A DNA stretch of 64,000 nucleotides from Candidatus Heimdallarchaeota archaeon (GCA_021399395.1 JAAFKJ010000115.1:2364-66363); one strand, 5' to 3'; counted from the stretch's first letter, positions 8,819 through 16,864 are shown. Program-made: numbers and translations. Notes: generated from the letters alone by a model not told the origin.

Positions 8819-10144
8819 ATGAATAAAATTGCTCCATTGATTCTTAGTGCTCTAGAAACAATCGAAAAGGGAAAATCCATCAGAGTTACACTTAGAGCTA
8901 TTATTGAAGATACCAACATAACAAAAGAAGAAGAATCAATGCTTTATTATTATGTTTTTGAAATTTATAGAAAACTTAATTTCATTGATTTATACATCAA
9001 AAATAGCTCATCATCCTATTCCTTAAAGAAAATAGGAGTAGAAAATAGAAGTTTACTGAGGCTTTCCACTCACTTGCTAAAAATTGATTTGAAATCATTA
9101 CCTGATGTCCTTGAACTTCTACAAGACTATTACTACCAAATCGGAAATCTTGAGTTTTCGACTATTTTGAACTCAATTAAGGATACGTCTGAAGAACAGC
9201 TTTACGAAAATCGTGATGATCTTGCTTCCAAACTCTCTCTCCAATTTTATCTTCCAACTTGGATTATTAGACGGTTTATAGATCAATGGGGGGAAAAGTT
9301 TACTTTGGAACTCTTACCATCTCTTCTAAAAAACCCCCCTCTCTACATAAGAGTTAACACTCTAAAATCAAATCTTGATAAAATTGAGGGATCATTTAAC
9401 AGTCAGAATATTGAGTATACGAAGGTAGAGGAAGTTGAAAATCTTCTAAAAATTATAAAAAGTCCAATTCCAATTCCTCGCATAAAAGAGTATATTGAAG
9501 GAGATATTGTTATTCAGCAAAAAGCTTCTGCAGCTGTTTCACTAGTTTTGAATCCTCAAGAAGATGAGCGTATCCTAGATATGTGTGCCTCTCCAGGAGG
9601 TAAAACGGCGCATATTGCGGCTCTTATTGGATCTGGAAAAGGAATAACGGCAGTAGATCTAAATGATGAAAGAACAAGGGTTCTGAAGCAAAGATTACAA
9701 CTTCTGGGTGCTCATGATATAACGGTAATTAAGACAGATGCTCGAGAATTATATAACAAGATTGATTATACTTTCGATAAAATTCTTCTTGATCCTCCTT
9801 GTTCCGGATCTGGTACCTATTCCTCTAGACCAGAAAATAGGTGGAGATTAAAACAAAGAGATCTTAGATGGTATGTTAATCTTCAAAAAGAATTACTACA
9901 ATCCGCAGCAAGATTGACCAAGGAAAATGGATGCATTATCTACTCTACCTGTTCTTTATTTCACGATGAAAACTCAGATATTATCACTTCATTTCTACAA
10001 GATAATGAAAATTTCTTTTTAGAGAAGACCAATCCCAACATTGGTTTCCAAACGAAAATAGAAGCCGGAAATGTTCAGGAAGTCTTTCCTCATCTACATG
10101 AAACTGAAGGATTCTTTATAGTGAAGATTAAAAGAAGAAAATGA
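8819..10144 (+). CDS. NOL1/NOP2/Sun-family RNA m5C methyltransferase
   Basis: 'DMCASPGGKT' SAM motif, the 'LLDPPCSGSG' and 'YSTCS' catalytic cysteines, and an N-terminal NusB-like region. Confidence 0.85.
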   Translation: MNKIAPLILSALETIEKGKSIRVTLRAIIEDTNITKEEESMLYYYVFEIYRKLNFIDLYIKNSSSSYSLKKIGVENRSLLRLSTHLLKIDLKSLPDVLELLQDYYYQIGNLEFSTILNSIKDTSEEQLYENRDDLASKLSLQFYLPTWIIRRFIDQWGEKFTLELLPSLLKNPPLYIRVNTLKSNLDKIEGSFNSQNIEYTKVEEVENLLKIIKSPIPIPRIKEYIEGDIVIQQKASAAVSLVLNPQEDERILDMCASPGGKTAHIAALIGSGKGITAVDLNDERTRVLKQRLQLLGAHDITVIKTDARELYNKIDYTFDKILLDPPCSGSGTYSSRPENRWRLKQRDLRWYVNLQKELLQSAARLTKENGCIIYSTCSLFHDENSDIITSFLQDNENFFLEKTNPNIGFQTKIEAGNVQEVFPHLHETEGFFIVKIKRRK

Positions 10145-10262
10145 TCAATTCTACTTTGTAAACCTACCCAATCAATTCAAATTCAAATGTTTAAGTCCTA
10201 ATTTCAGGTTCGGAATGATTCTACAGTTATTTCACGGCTTCTAGTTGAAATTTTGGTCGTGC

Positions 10263-10892
10263 CTAATCATACATTTTATCAAGCAAATCATCGATTTTCT
10301 TCACTAGTTCACTTTTGAGTTTGTGTCTAGGTGGTTTATCCACATTCCTTAGATTTTTTATGTTGGATTCAAAGAGTATTTTTGATGCTAGAGTTTTTAC
10401 GATGTCTTCAACATCATACGTTTTTGGCTTAAACTCCTCTTCTGTCTTCTTTACTTCTACAACTTTCTGTTCAAACTCTCTGGTTTCCTTAATATCCAAA
10501 GGTTTTTGTTCTATTGTTCTTGAAGCTGGTAGAGTTTTTTCACCATATACATATGCTTGGGCAGGTAAATAATCTCTTGAAGAGATTGGCATCTCTTGAT
10601 ATGCTTCGGATTCCATTTTTCTTAGGATCTCAGGAAGAATTCTGTCCCTTTCCTCATGTTCAATGTTTACTACATTATATTTTGAACCTTTCATTGTTTT
10701 AAGATTAGTAGCTGCTCTACCTGCTGAATAGGATAAAACGTTTGAAATTCCATCTTTTCTGTAGATGAATATCTTTTTCTCAATTCTATCCATTATCAAA
10801 TAAGCTCCATTACCATCAAGAAAACTTTCTTTTTTTGCAGGTACTTCTTTATAACTACCATCTCTTCTTATTGAAAAAACTCGTAAACCCAT
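10263..10892 (-). CDS. Gelsolin-like domain protein with a charged C-terminal extension
   Basis: The N-terminal ~95 aa follow the gelsolin-repeat pattern (F-x-x-G-x-x-Y-[LI]; 'KIFIYRKDG...SAGRAATNL'; a terminal acidic strand 'VNIEHEERD'). The C-terminal ~100 aa are unassigned. Confidence 0.45.
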   Translation of the reverse strand: MGLRVFSIRRDGSYKEVPAKKESFLDGNGAYLIMDRIEKKIFIYRKDGISNVLSYSAGRAATNLKTMKGSKYNVVNIEHEERDRILPEILRKMESEAYQEMPISSRDYLPAQAYVYGEKTLPASRTIEQKPLDIKETREFEQKVVEVKKTEEEFKPKTYDVEDIVKTLASKILFESNIKNLRNVDKPPRHKLKSELVKKIDDLLDKMYD

Positions 10893-10942
10893 GTTAATAC
10901 CCCAGTGTTAACGTTATGTCTTTCACACATAAAAACGTTTTT

Positions 10943-11662
10943 TCAAACTTGGTATCTTGTAGTATCCTCTTTTTCAATGATTTGGAAGGCTCTTTTTCTT
11001 CTTTGGCAAGATTCGCATATGCCACAATGAATTGGATGACCTTCTTTAGTCCAGTCTTTAACTTGATAGCAAGATGAAGAAAATTCTATCAAAGCATCTT
11101 TTTCTTTGAGGAATTCTACAATTTCACTTTTTTGTTTTTCATGAAATGGAGCTATTACCTCAATATCGTTCATACATCCTAATTCTATTGAATCATTCAT
11201 ACGTTCAACAAATTCTGTAGTGTTATCTGAAAAAGTACTTGCCTCTTCCTCATTAGCACCAAAAAGTATGCCAACTGTAGTGTCTAGACTGTCTGCATAG
11301 GAAGCTGCTATAGAAATAAATAGGATATTTCTTCCAGGAACCCAAACTGATTTTGCAGTTTGTTTAGTTAATTCCTCAGAATCAAGTTGTTCAAAATTAT
11401 TTATTTCAGGCACTTCATTTCCTGATTGTGATAGAGTAGACCCCGAATTTTTTGTAAATTCATCTAAAAACGGAAGTTCAATTATTTTGCTTTCCAAATT
11501 TAGTAAAGATGAAAATTTACTATTTATTTTAGAGATTGTATAATCTTCTTTACTTCCATACAGAAAACTAAGTAAAATTGTCCGATCATATTTTTCTAGA
11601 GCCCAATAAAGACATGCTGTTGAGTCTAACCCTCCTGAGAATAAAACTATTGCAATACTCAT
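10943..11662 (-). CDS. queC: 7-cyano-7-deazaguanine synthase
   Basis: PP-loop 'FSGGLDST' and a C-terminal Zn cluster 'C...CGICESCQRRKRAF'. Confidence 0.9.
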   Translation of the reverse strand: MSIAIVLFSGGLDSTACLYWALEKYDRTILLSFLYGSKEDYTISKINSKFSSLLNLESKIIELPFLDEFTKNSGSTLSQSGNEVPEINNFEQLDSEELTKQTAKSVWVPGRNILFISIAASYADSLDTTVGILFGANEEEASTFSDNTTEFVERMNDSIELGCMNDIEVIAPFHEKQKSEIVEFLKEKDALIEFSSSCYQVKDWTKEGHPIHCGICESCQRRKRAFQIIEKEDTTRYQV

Positions 11663-11720
11663 TTGAATCCTTCTTTGAAGTGTAATCTCGCGTATTATAT
11701 GTGTATTATTGTTTTTTTCC

Positions 11721-12173
11721 TTATTCAGTGTAGGAAACTATACTGGTGGGTGTTTCTGACATCGTAACAGTAATATTGAATTGGGGATATTTCCCTTTTA
11801 GCTTGTCATGTAGATATTTTGATAGTAATTCAACTGTTGTTGCTTCTAATGGAACCAGTACAACATCTTCTTTGGGAAAACGATAGAATTTCCCATCACA
11901 AGTTGAAACCTTGTATTGTTTTTGATCTAACTCAATGTTAAGATCTGAGTTATTTTCTGGTAATAAAACCATATGATCCAACTCTTTTATGATTGAGCTA
12001 ACACTCGTTTTGAATGGTCCAAAGTCAATGACCATGTTGTTCTCATCAAGATCCCCCTCAATTTCTACCTCGATTTCATAGTTATGCCCATGAAGACGAG
12101 CACATTTATCATGTTTGATTAACATATGAGCTGAAGCCAAAGTAAGCTTGTCACCTGAAATTTTTAACTTCAT
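11721..12173 (-). CDS. queD: 6-carboxy-5,6,7,8-tetrahydropterin synthase
   Basis: PTPS-fold motif 'CARLHGHNYEIEVEIEG'. Size ~150 aa. Confidence 0.9.
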   Translation of the reverse strand: MKLKISGDKLTLASAHMLIKHDKCARLHGHNYEIEVEIEGDLDENNMVIDFGPFKTSVSSIIKELDHMVLLPENNSDLNIELDQKQYKVSTCDGKFYRFPKEDVVLVPLEATTVELLSKYLHDKLKGKYPQFNITVTMSETPTSIVSYTE

Positions 12174-12181
12174 AATTATCC

Positions 12182-12814
12182 CTATATTGGTCTTGTTTTC
12201 GAAACATCTTCTTTTATTTTTGATATTTCATTTGAATATCTTTCAGCAATTTCCATTGCTATATTTTTTACATCCTTTTGTTCGATACCTAGTTCTAGAA
12301 GTCCTATCGCATTTACATGTGAAGGAAAACCTGTTCCAGCAATATTGATTCCCAAATGAATTTTGCTGCTAGAAACTCCTGTTGATGCAATAGCAACATT
12401 TAGTTTTCTATCCCCTACATACATGTCAGTTCCTTTCCTTATGAGTTCTATACCCTCATTTTTGAGAACCTCAATTACTATCTGAGCTAATACTTGTAAT
12501 CTATAATACTCCAATTCCATATTTGGAGGTTGAATGTCAAACTCCTCAATTATAAAATGTAATGAATCATCAGAACTTATCAGAATTTTGTTCAGATGTG
12601 ATTCCCTTACTATATCCTTTATATCAACCATTTCTTCAGGAGATAGTTTCATTCCTCCTCGAAATATAAGTATGGTTTCACCAAAAACACCATATTTCTC
12701 CGTTGTATATCTGTTGGCTAGCTGAGAACCATCATATGTAATGGGTTCTGAGAAATTCTCAACAATTATAGTATACTGATTTTTCTTAATTTTCTTCATT
12801 ATTTTCAAAACCAT
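12182..12814 (-). CDS. Conserved hypothetical protein embedded in the preQ0 cluster
   Basis: 210-aa ORF whose start overlaps the folE2 stop by 29 nt and which ends 9 nt before queD. I see no recognisable catalytic motif. It may belong to a small archaeal DUF, which I cannot verify. Confidence 0.5.
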   Translation of the reverse strand: MVLKIMKKIKKNQYTIIVENFSEPITYDGSQLANRYTTEKYGVFGETILIFRGGMKLSPEEMVDIKDIVRESHLNKILISSDDSLHFIIEEFDIQPPNMELEYYRLQVLAQIVIEVLKNEGIELIRKGTDMYVGDRKLNVAIASTGVSSSKIHLGINIAGTGFPSHVNAIGLLELGIEQKDVKNIAMEIAERYSNEISKIKEDVSKTRPI

Positions 12815-13754
12815 TTAATTGTTCTTTCAATCTCTGTAATGTGGTTTTTACTTCTGCTACAGCATTGTGTTGGTGAATACTTTCATAATTTGTCTGTTTA
12901 ACACAGATTTGTGTTTCTGGAGGTTGATTGCTATACTTAAGCGCTACTTGTTTAAGAATAGTACGAACTACGTCTTCAACAAAAACTGGATTATTGTGAG
13001 CATATAACACTACAGCTTGTTCATCTTTTCTCTTAAGTACTTCGTGTATTGGTGCACTCATAGAAGTTTCAAGAATTTTAATTACATCTTCTAATTCAAT
13101 TCTCTCTGCATTTCTTGGTTGTTCAAAAATAAGTATTGATTTTGATCTCTGATTGTGGGCTGCCAAAGGCATATCTTCTAGAGCAAGTTTTACTTGCTCT
13201 TCTGTAAACCCTTTCTCTAATAGCTTTTCTTGTGCAAAATCTCTCGACAATTCTTGAGAACATGGACATACTGTAGTTCCTTCAACTTCCGCACCAATAA
13301 TTTTCAAAACCTCTATTTTCTCCCCGTTTTTCTTAGCTCGAGCCCCAGCGATAAGCTTATGCACACTTGATTTTTCACCTTTAATTGCCTCAGAATACGT
13401 TTTCAACTCATAATTAGCTGTTAGGTTGACTTCAGAATTAGTAGCTCCCGGTTGAGCTAATAGAACCTTTTCTGCTATTTGAGAACACAACTCTTCACTA
13501 TCAGAAATAACTTCTCCTGTAAGGGTTGAGATGACCTCATTGATTGCTTCAATGTTCCGAGACATATGAATTCCTCTTTTTGAAGGGAGTAAGTCGACAT
13601 AAACGTCAATTTTCGCAGTCAACTCATTAATTTCACCAAACCGTTTTCGTTTTATGATTTTAGGAATGTCACAGATTCCTACTCTTCTGATTCCTATCTG
13701 AATTTTGGAATCATCCGACTGAACATCTGATAGTGGTTTGCTATTTAGTTTCAT
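12786..13754 (-). CDS. folE2: GTP cyclohydrolase, FolE2/MptA family (type IB)
   Basis: 'RGIHMSR' and 'CPCSQE' motifs typical of the FolE2/MptA fold. The context with queCDE favours the FolE2 role. Confidence 0.8.
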   Translation of the reverse strand: MKLNSKPLSDVQSDDSKIQIGIRRVGICDIPKIIKRKRFGEINELTAKIDVYVDLLPSKRGIHMSRNIEAINEVISTLTGEVISDSEELCSQIAEKVLLAQPGATNSEVNLTANYELKTYSEAIKGEKSSVHKLIAGARAKKNGEKIEVLKIIGAEVEGTTVCPCSQELSRDFAQEKLLEKGFTEEQVKLALEDMPLAAHNQRSKSILIFEQPRNAERIELEDVIKILETSMSAPIHEVLKRKDEQAVVLYAHNNPVFVEDVVRTILKQVALKYSNQPPETQICVKQTNYESIHQHNAVAEVKTTLQRLKEQLNGFENNEEN

Positions 13755-13764
13755 TTTTTATCAC

Positions 13765-14574
13765 CTATAGAATCTCAACAGCTTTGTGCATTTGAATTGA
13801 AATTCCAATTTTATCTGCAGGTAGATATTTGCCTGCTATTTGAGTGAAGTTATTTATTTGACTCCAAGTTGGTTTTTCAACTTTAGATCCTGCTGTTGGG
13901 GAGACAAATTGAATTACTATTGGGACACCAATTTCTCCACAGTTTCTTGCTATAATCTCAAAATCTTCATCTTTTGAGGATTTAGTTATTACAGTTTTTG
14001 CAAAGACTTTTGTTCCTGAATTTTTTAGTATCTTGCACATTAGAAGCTCCTGTTCTATTAACTTTTCCCAGTTCAATGCTGCTTCAGCTGTTCTGTCTTT
14101 AACATCTACACAAGCATAATCTAAGTTTTCTGCAATTTTTTCTAAATACTCAAAATTATCTGTAAAAGCTGTTTCTAAATAAATATTATATCCGTTTAAT
14201 TTGAGGAGCTCTATGGTTTTTTCTAGAAATGACTCCTGAAACAAAGGTTCCCCACCTGTGAAACTAATACTGTGTAAATCCTTTGATGTAAGATTCTTGA
14301 CCATATTTAGGATATCATTTGAAGTCACAGGATTTTCTATTTCTTTAAATATCTGGCTGCCTGGTTTGGTTTCCACAAGACATTTTTTTGGTGTAGAACC
14401 CCATGATTTTGGTGAATCACACCAAATACAACCTTTTGTTCCATGAACACCTAAAGCCAAAGGACAACCTGAAAACCTAATGAAAATTTGTCTTAATCCA
14501 TAACAACTTCCTTCAATAGCTGCACCTTCACCTTGGAAACTAGAGAATACTTCTTGAATATATCCTTGAGACAT
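13765..14574 (-). CDS. queE: 7-carboxy-7-deazaguanine synthase (radical SAM)
   Basis: N-terminal 'SFQGEGAAIEG' and a cluster motif 'C-x11-C-x2-C' (GCPLALGVHGTKGCIWCDS). Confidence 0.85.
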   Translation of the reverse strand: MSQGYIQEVFSSFQGEGAAIEGSCYGLRQIFIRFSGCPLALGVHGTKGCIWCDSPKSWGSTPKKCLVETKPGSQIFKEIENPVTSNDILNMVKNLTSKDLHSISFTGGEPLFQESFLEKTIELLKLNGYNIYLETAFTDNFEYLEKIAENLDYACVDVKDRTAEAALNWEKLIEQELLMCKILKNSGTKVFAKTVITKSSKDEDFEIIARNCGEIGVPIVIQFVSPTAGSKVEKPTWSQINNFTQIAGKYLPADKIGISIQMHKAVEIL

Positions 14575-14642
14575 CGGGATACTATTTTCTTCATTCTAAA
14601 TAAGAATTACTTATGTTGATAAACAAAAATTAGATGAGCCAA

Positions 14643-15110
14643 CTAAAGACTATACCTTCCTATCTGTTCAAAAGTAGCAAACTTGTCTACATATTCTTTG
14701 ACTTTATGGGAATATTCCTTTGGATCCCTTTTCATTAGATTTGCAGCTGTAGAATTTAAGGGATCATCAGGATTTGGGTTACTTAAAATAAATCGAATTG
14801 ATTCGATAACATCAACTAGATTGTTCGCTGGTGTCCAATCTGCTCCAAGCACCCCTACACATATACGGGTATCAAATACATTTGCATGGAATACTTTGGT
14901 CAGCATTTTTACCTTCGGGGGTTTGAATGGATATTCTCTTGGTATTTCTACCTCCAGCACGAAGACACCCCCCTCATATAATCCTGCTCCAAAGATGAAT
15001 CCTCGCCAGTAAAGAGTATTGCCATCAACAGGTTTGAAAGTTGGCAACTCTTTCTTTAATTCATTTGCTTCTATTGCAATTCGAGGCCAGAACTCTTCTT
15101 CAGATAACAT
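14643..15110 (-). CDS. Ubiquitin-conjugating enzyme (UBC/E2) fold protein
   Basis: 'YPFKPPKVKMLTKVFHANV...RICVGVLGADWTPANNL...SNPNPDDPLN' matches the UBC core, including the catalytic Cys and W-[ST]-P-A. Confidence 0.8.
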   Translation of the reverse strand: MLSEEEFWPRIAIEANELKKELPTFKPVDGNTLYWRGFIFGAGLYEGGVFVLEVEIPREYPFKPPKVKMLTKVFHANVFDTRICVGVLGADWTPANNLVDVIESIRFILSNPNPDDPLNSTAANLMKRDPKEYSHKVKEYVDKFATFEQIGRYSL

Positions 15111-15145
15111 TTTTATCCCTTATATTTTCCTCGGTGTTCTGTTTT

Positions 15146-15310
15146 CTAATATACTCCGGAACCCTTATTTTGCATTTCAAGTAGTATCATAAGTATTGCA
15201 GCAATCAATCCTTTTTGATCTCCTGCTATTCTCTTAAACTCTTCTCTTTCAAGCATCATTGCTACAGAACGCCATCTAACAAGTAATTCTACTATATCTC
15301 TTTCACTCAT
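15146..15310 (-). CDS. Possible 54-aa helical micro-protein upstream of the E2 gene
   Basis: An ATG-to-TAG ORF found by hand (MSERDIVELLVRWRSVAMMLEREEFKRIAGDQKGLIAAILMILLEMQNKGSGVY). It is on the same strand as the E2 and ends 35 nt before its ATG. It is below the ORF-track size cut-off. Confidence 0.3.
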   Translation of the reverse strand: MSERDIVELLVRWRSVAMMLEREEFKRIAGDQKGLIAAILMILLEMQNKGSGVY

Positions 15311-15461
15311 TAGCCTTCAGATATGCAAAGTTTGCTAGCTTTATTAAGATTATGTAACTCCTAATGGCATCGAATTTTTTTGACAATAGAATGGCAATTT
15401 CTCAATCCGCCTAATCCACAAATTTTTAAAATTTAAAGTTATTCTGTTATTGTGAATATTA

Positions 15462-16127
15462 ATGAGTAACCCAGAAGAAATGTTAGTACAATTAATCAAT
15501 TCTATTAACAAACTATCTACATTAGTTCAAAACGTTAATGATTCAATTGGCCAATTATCTACGCAGATTGCTCAATTAGAAACTAAGATGGCTGGTTTTT
15601 CCAATGTTGAAACTCAAGTATCTGAGGTTGGACTTAAACTTGGAGAAATTCCAGGAATAAAAAATATGATTTCTAATTTAGATGCAAAAATCGATGGTTT
15701 AGGTGCTACTGTCAGTACAGATGTAGCTCAAGCTCCCGTTGCTGAATCTAAACCAGCAAAGAAAGCGAAGAAAGAGGAATACGTATCACCTGGTATTACT
15801 GAAGAAGAACCTTCTGTTGGAGGCGCTTCTGAGGCTGATGCTGCATTTACAGCTGTTTCAGCAAAATTCAAGCACATAACACAGATGGTAAATCCGAATT
15901 CAAGTTGTGGAAATGTCTCACAAATGCTAGAAGATCTTAGAGATGAGGTGGAAACTCAAGTTGGAATGTCTCCAATGCTGTATGAATTAAATTCTTGGGT
16001 TCAACGGATTTCTAAAATGCCACAAGGTGATGTTCTTCTTCCTGAAGTTCATAGTGAACTTATAGAAAAGCTAGATGATTGGCTCAATAGAGTAACAAAA
16101 GCTATCCATTTGAAATATCAAGAGTGA
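15462..16127 (+). CDS. Coiled-coil protein with a Vps28-C-terminal-domain-like tail
   Basis: N-terminal heptad-rich helix, then an A/E/K/P-rich linker. The C-terminal ~90 aa ('...LNSWVQRISKMPQGDVLLPEVHSELIEKLDDWLNRVTKAI') align by eye with the human VPS28 C-terminal domain. Confidence 0.4.
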   Translation: MSNPEEMLVQLINSINKLSTLVQNVNDSIGQLSTQIAQLETKMAGFSNVETQVSEVGLKLGEIPGIKNMISNLDAKIDGLGATVSTDVAQAPVAESKPAKKAKKEEYVSPGITEEEPSVGGASEADAAFTAVSAKFKHITQMVNPNSSCGNVSQMLEDLRDEVETQVGMSPMLYELNSWVQRISKMPQGDVLLPEVHSELIEKLDDWLNRVTKAIHLKYQE

Positions 16128-16131
16128 TAAC

Positions 16132-16154
16132 TTTTGTTCTTTTTTTTCTTTTTT
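16132..16154 (+). terminator. T-rich tract, candidate terminator
   Basis: cttttgttcttttttttcttttt immediately after the stop codon at 16127. Confidence 0.35.
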
Positions 16155-16222
16155 AGTAATACCCGTATTCATACCGATGTAATACTAATTTTTTAACCTA
16201 ATAACAACATGTATAATATGTT

Positions 16223-16858
16223 ATGATGAACCTAAGTGATATTAAAGGCATTATTGAAATAAATGGTGAATCTTATGACCCTAAATCTGTTCTCAAAGCA
16301 TTACTTGATCAAGGATTAAAGATTCATCCTCTAAATGGTTCTTTGTTAATTGGTAGAACATTTATTGATGCTGCACCAAATTTGCAATATGGTTCAACAA
16401 CCTGTCCCATTTCAGATCATTGTAAGATATACGATAAATTATATCCACAAAAATTGGACGAAACAAATCCTTCAGAATATAGTTCAAACCAAAGTTCACC
16501 ATCTGTTAATGCCACTTCGGATTCTTCTCAAACATCATCAGACCGATTTTATACTGATCCTATTCGAATTGATATTGATGATATAGATATTACAAATCTG
16601 TTCTCTGACTCAACTATAGGTGCACAATCTGTTGATGATATTGAAGAAGATATTTTCTTGAATCCGGATTTTGGAAGAGAATTAGATTCTGATCCAACAG
16701 AAATGGTTGGTTTGTCTCCTGTAACCCGTTATGGAAGAACTTCACATATTCAAGAATCAACTGTTCCATCGGAATATAGAGGGAGATGTCCTTTCTGCAA
16801 TTCTATAGTTAACATAAAATGGAAATATTGTGGAAGTTGTGGAACTTCCATGAGTTAA
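16223..16858 (+). CDS. Protein with a small N-terminal domain, an S/D-rich disordered linker and a C-terminal zinc ribbon
   Basis: The C-terminus 'RCPFCNSIVNIKWKYCGSCGTSMS' has C-x2-C-x10-C-x2-C spacing. Confidence 0.5.
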   Translation: MMNLSDIKGIIEINGESYDPKSVLKALLDQGLKIHPLNGSLLIGRTFIDAAPNLQYGSTTCPISDHCKIYDKLYPQKLDETNPSEYSSNQSSPSVNATSDSSQTSSDRFYTDPIRIDIDDIDITNLFSDSTIGAQSVDDIEEDIFLNPDFGRELDSDPTEMVGLSPVTRYGRTSHIQESTVPSEYRGRCPFCNSIVNIKWKYCGSCGTSMS

Positions 16859-16864
16859 CTTCTT

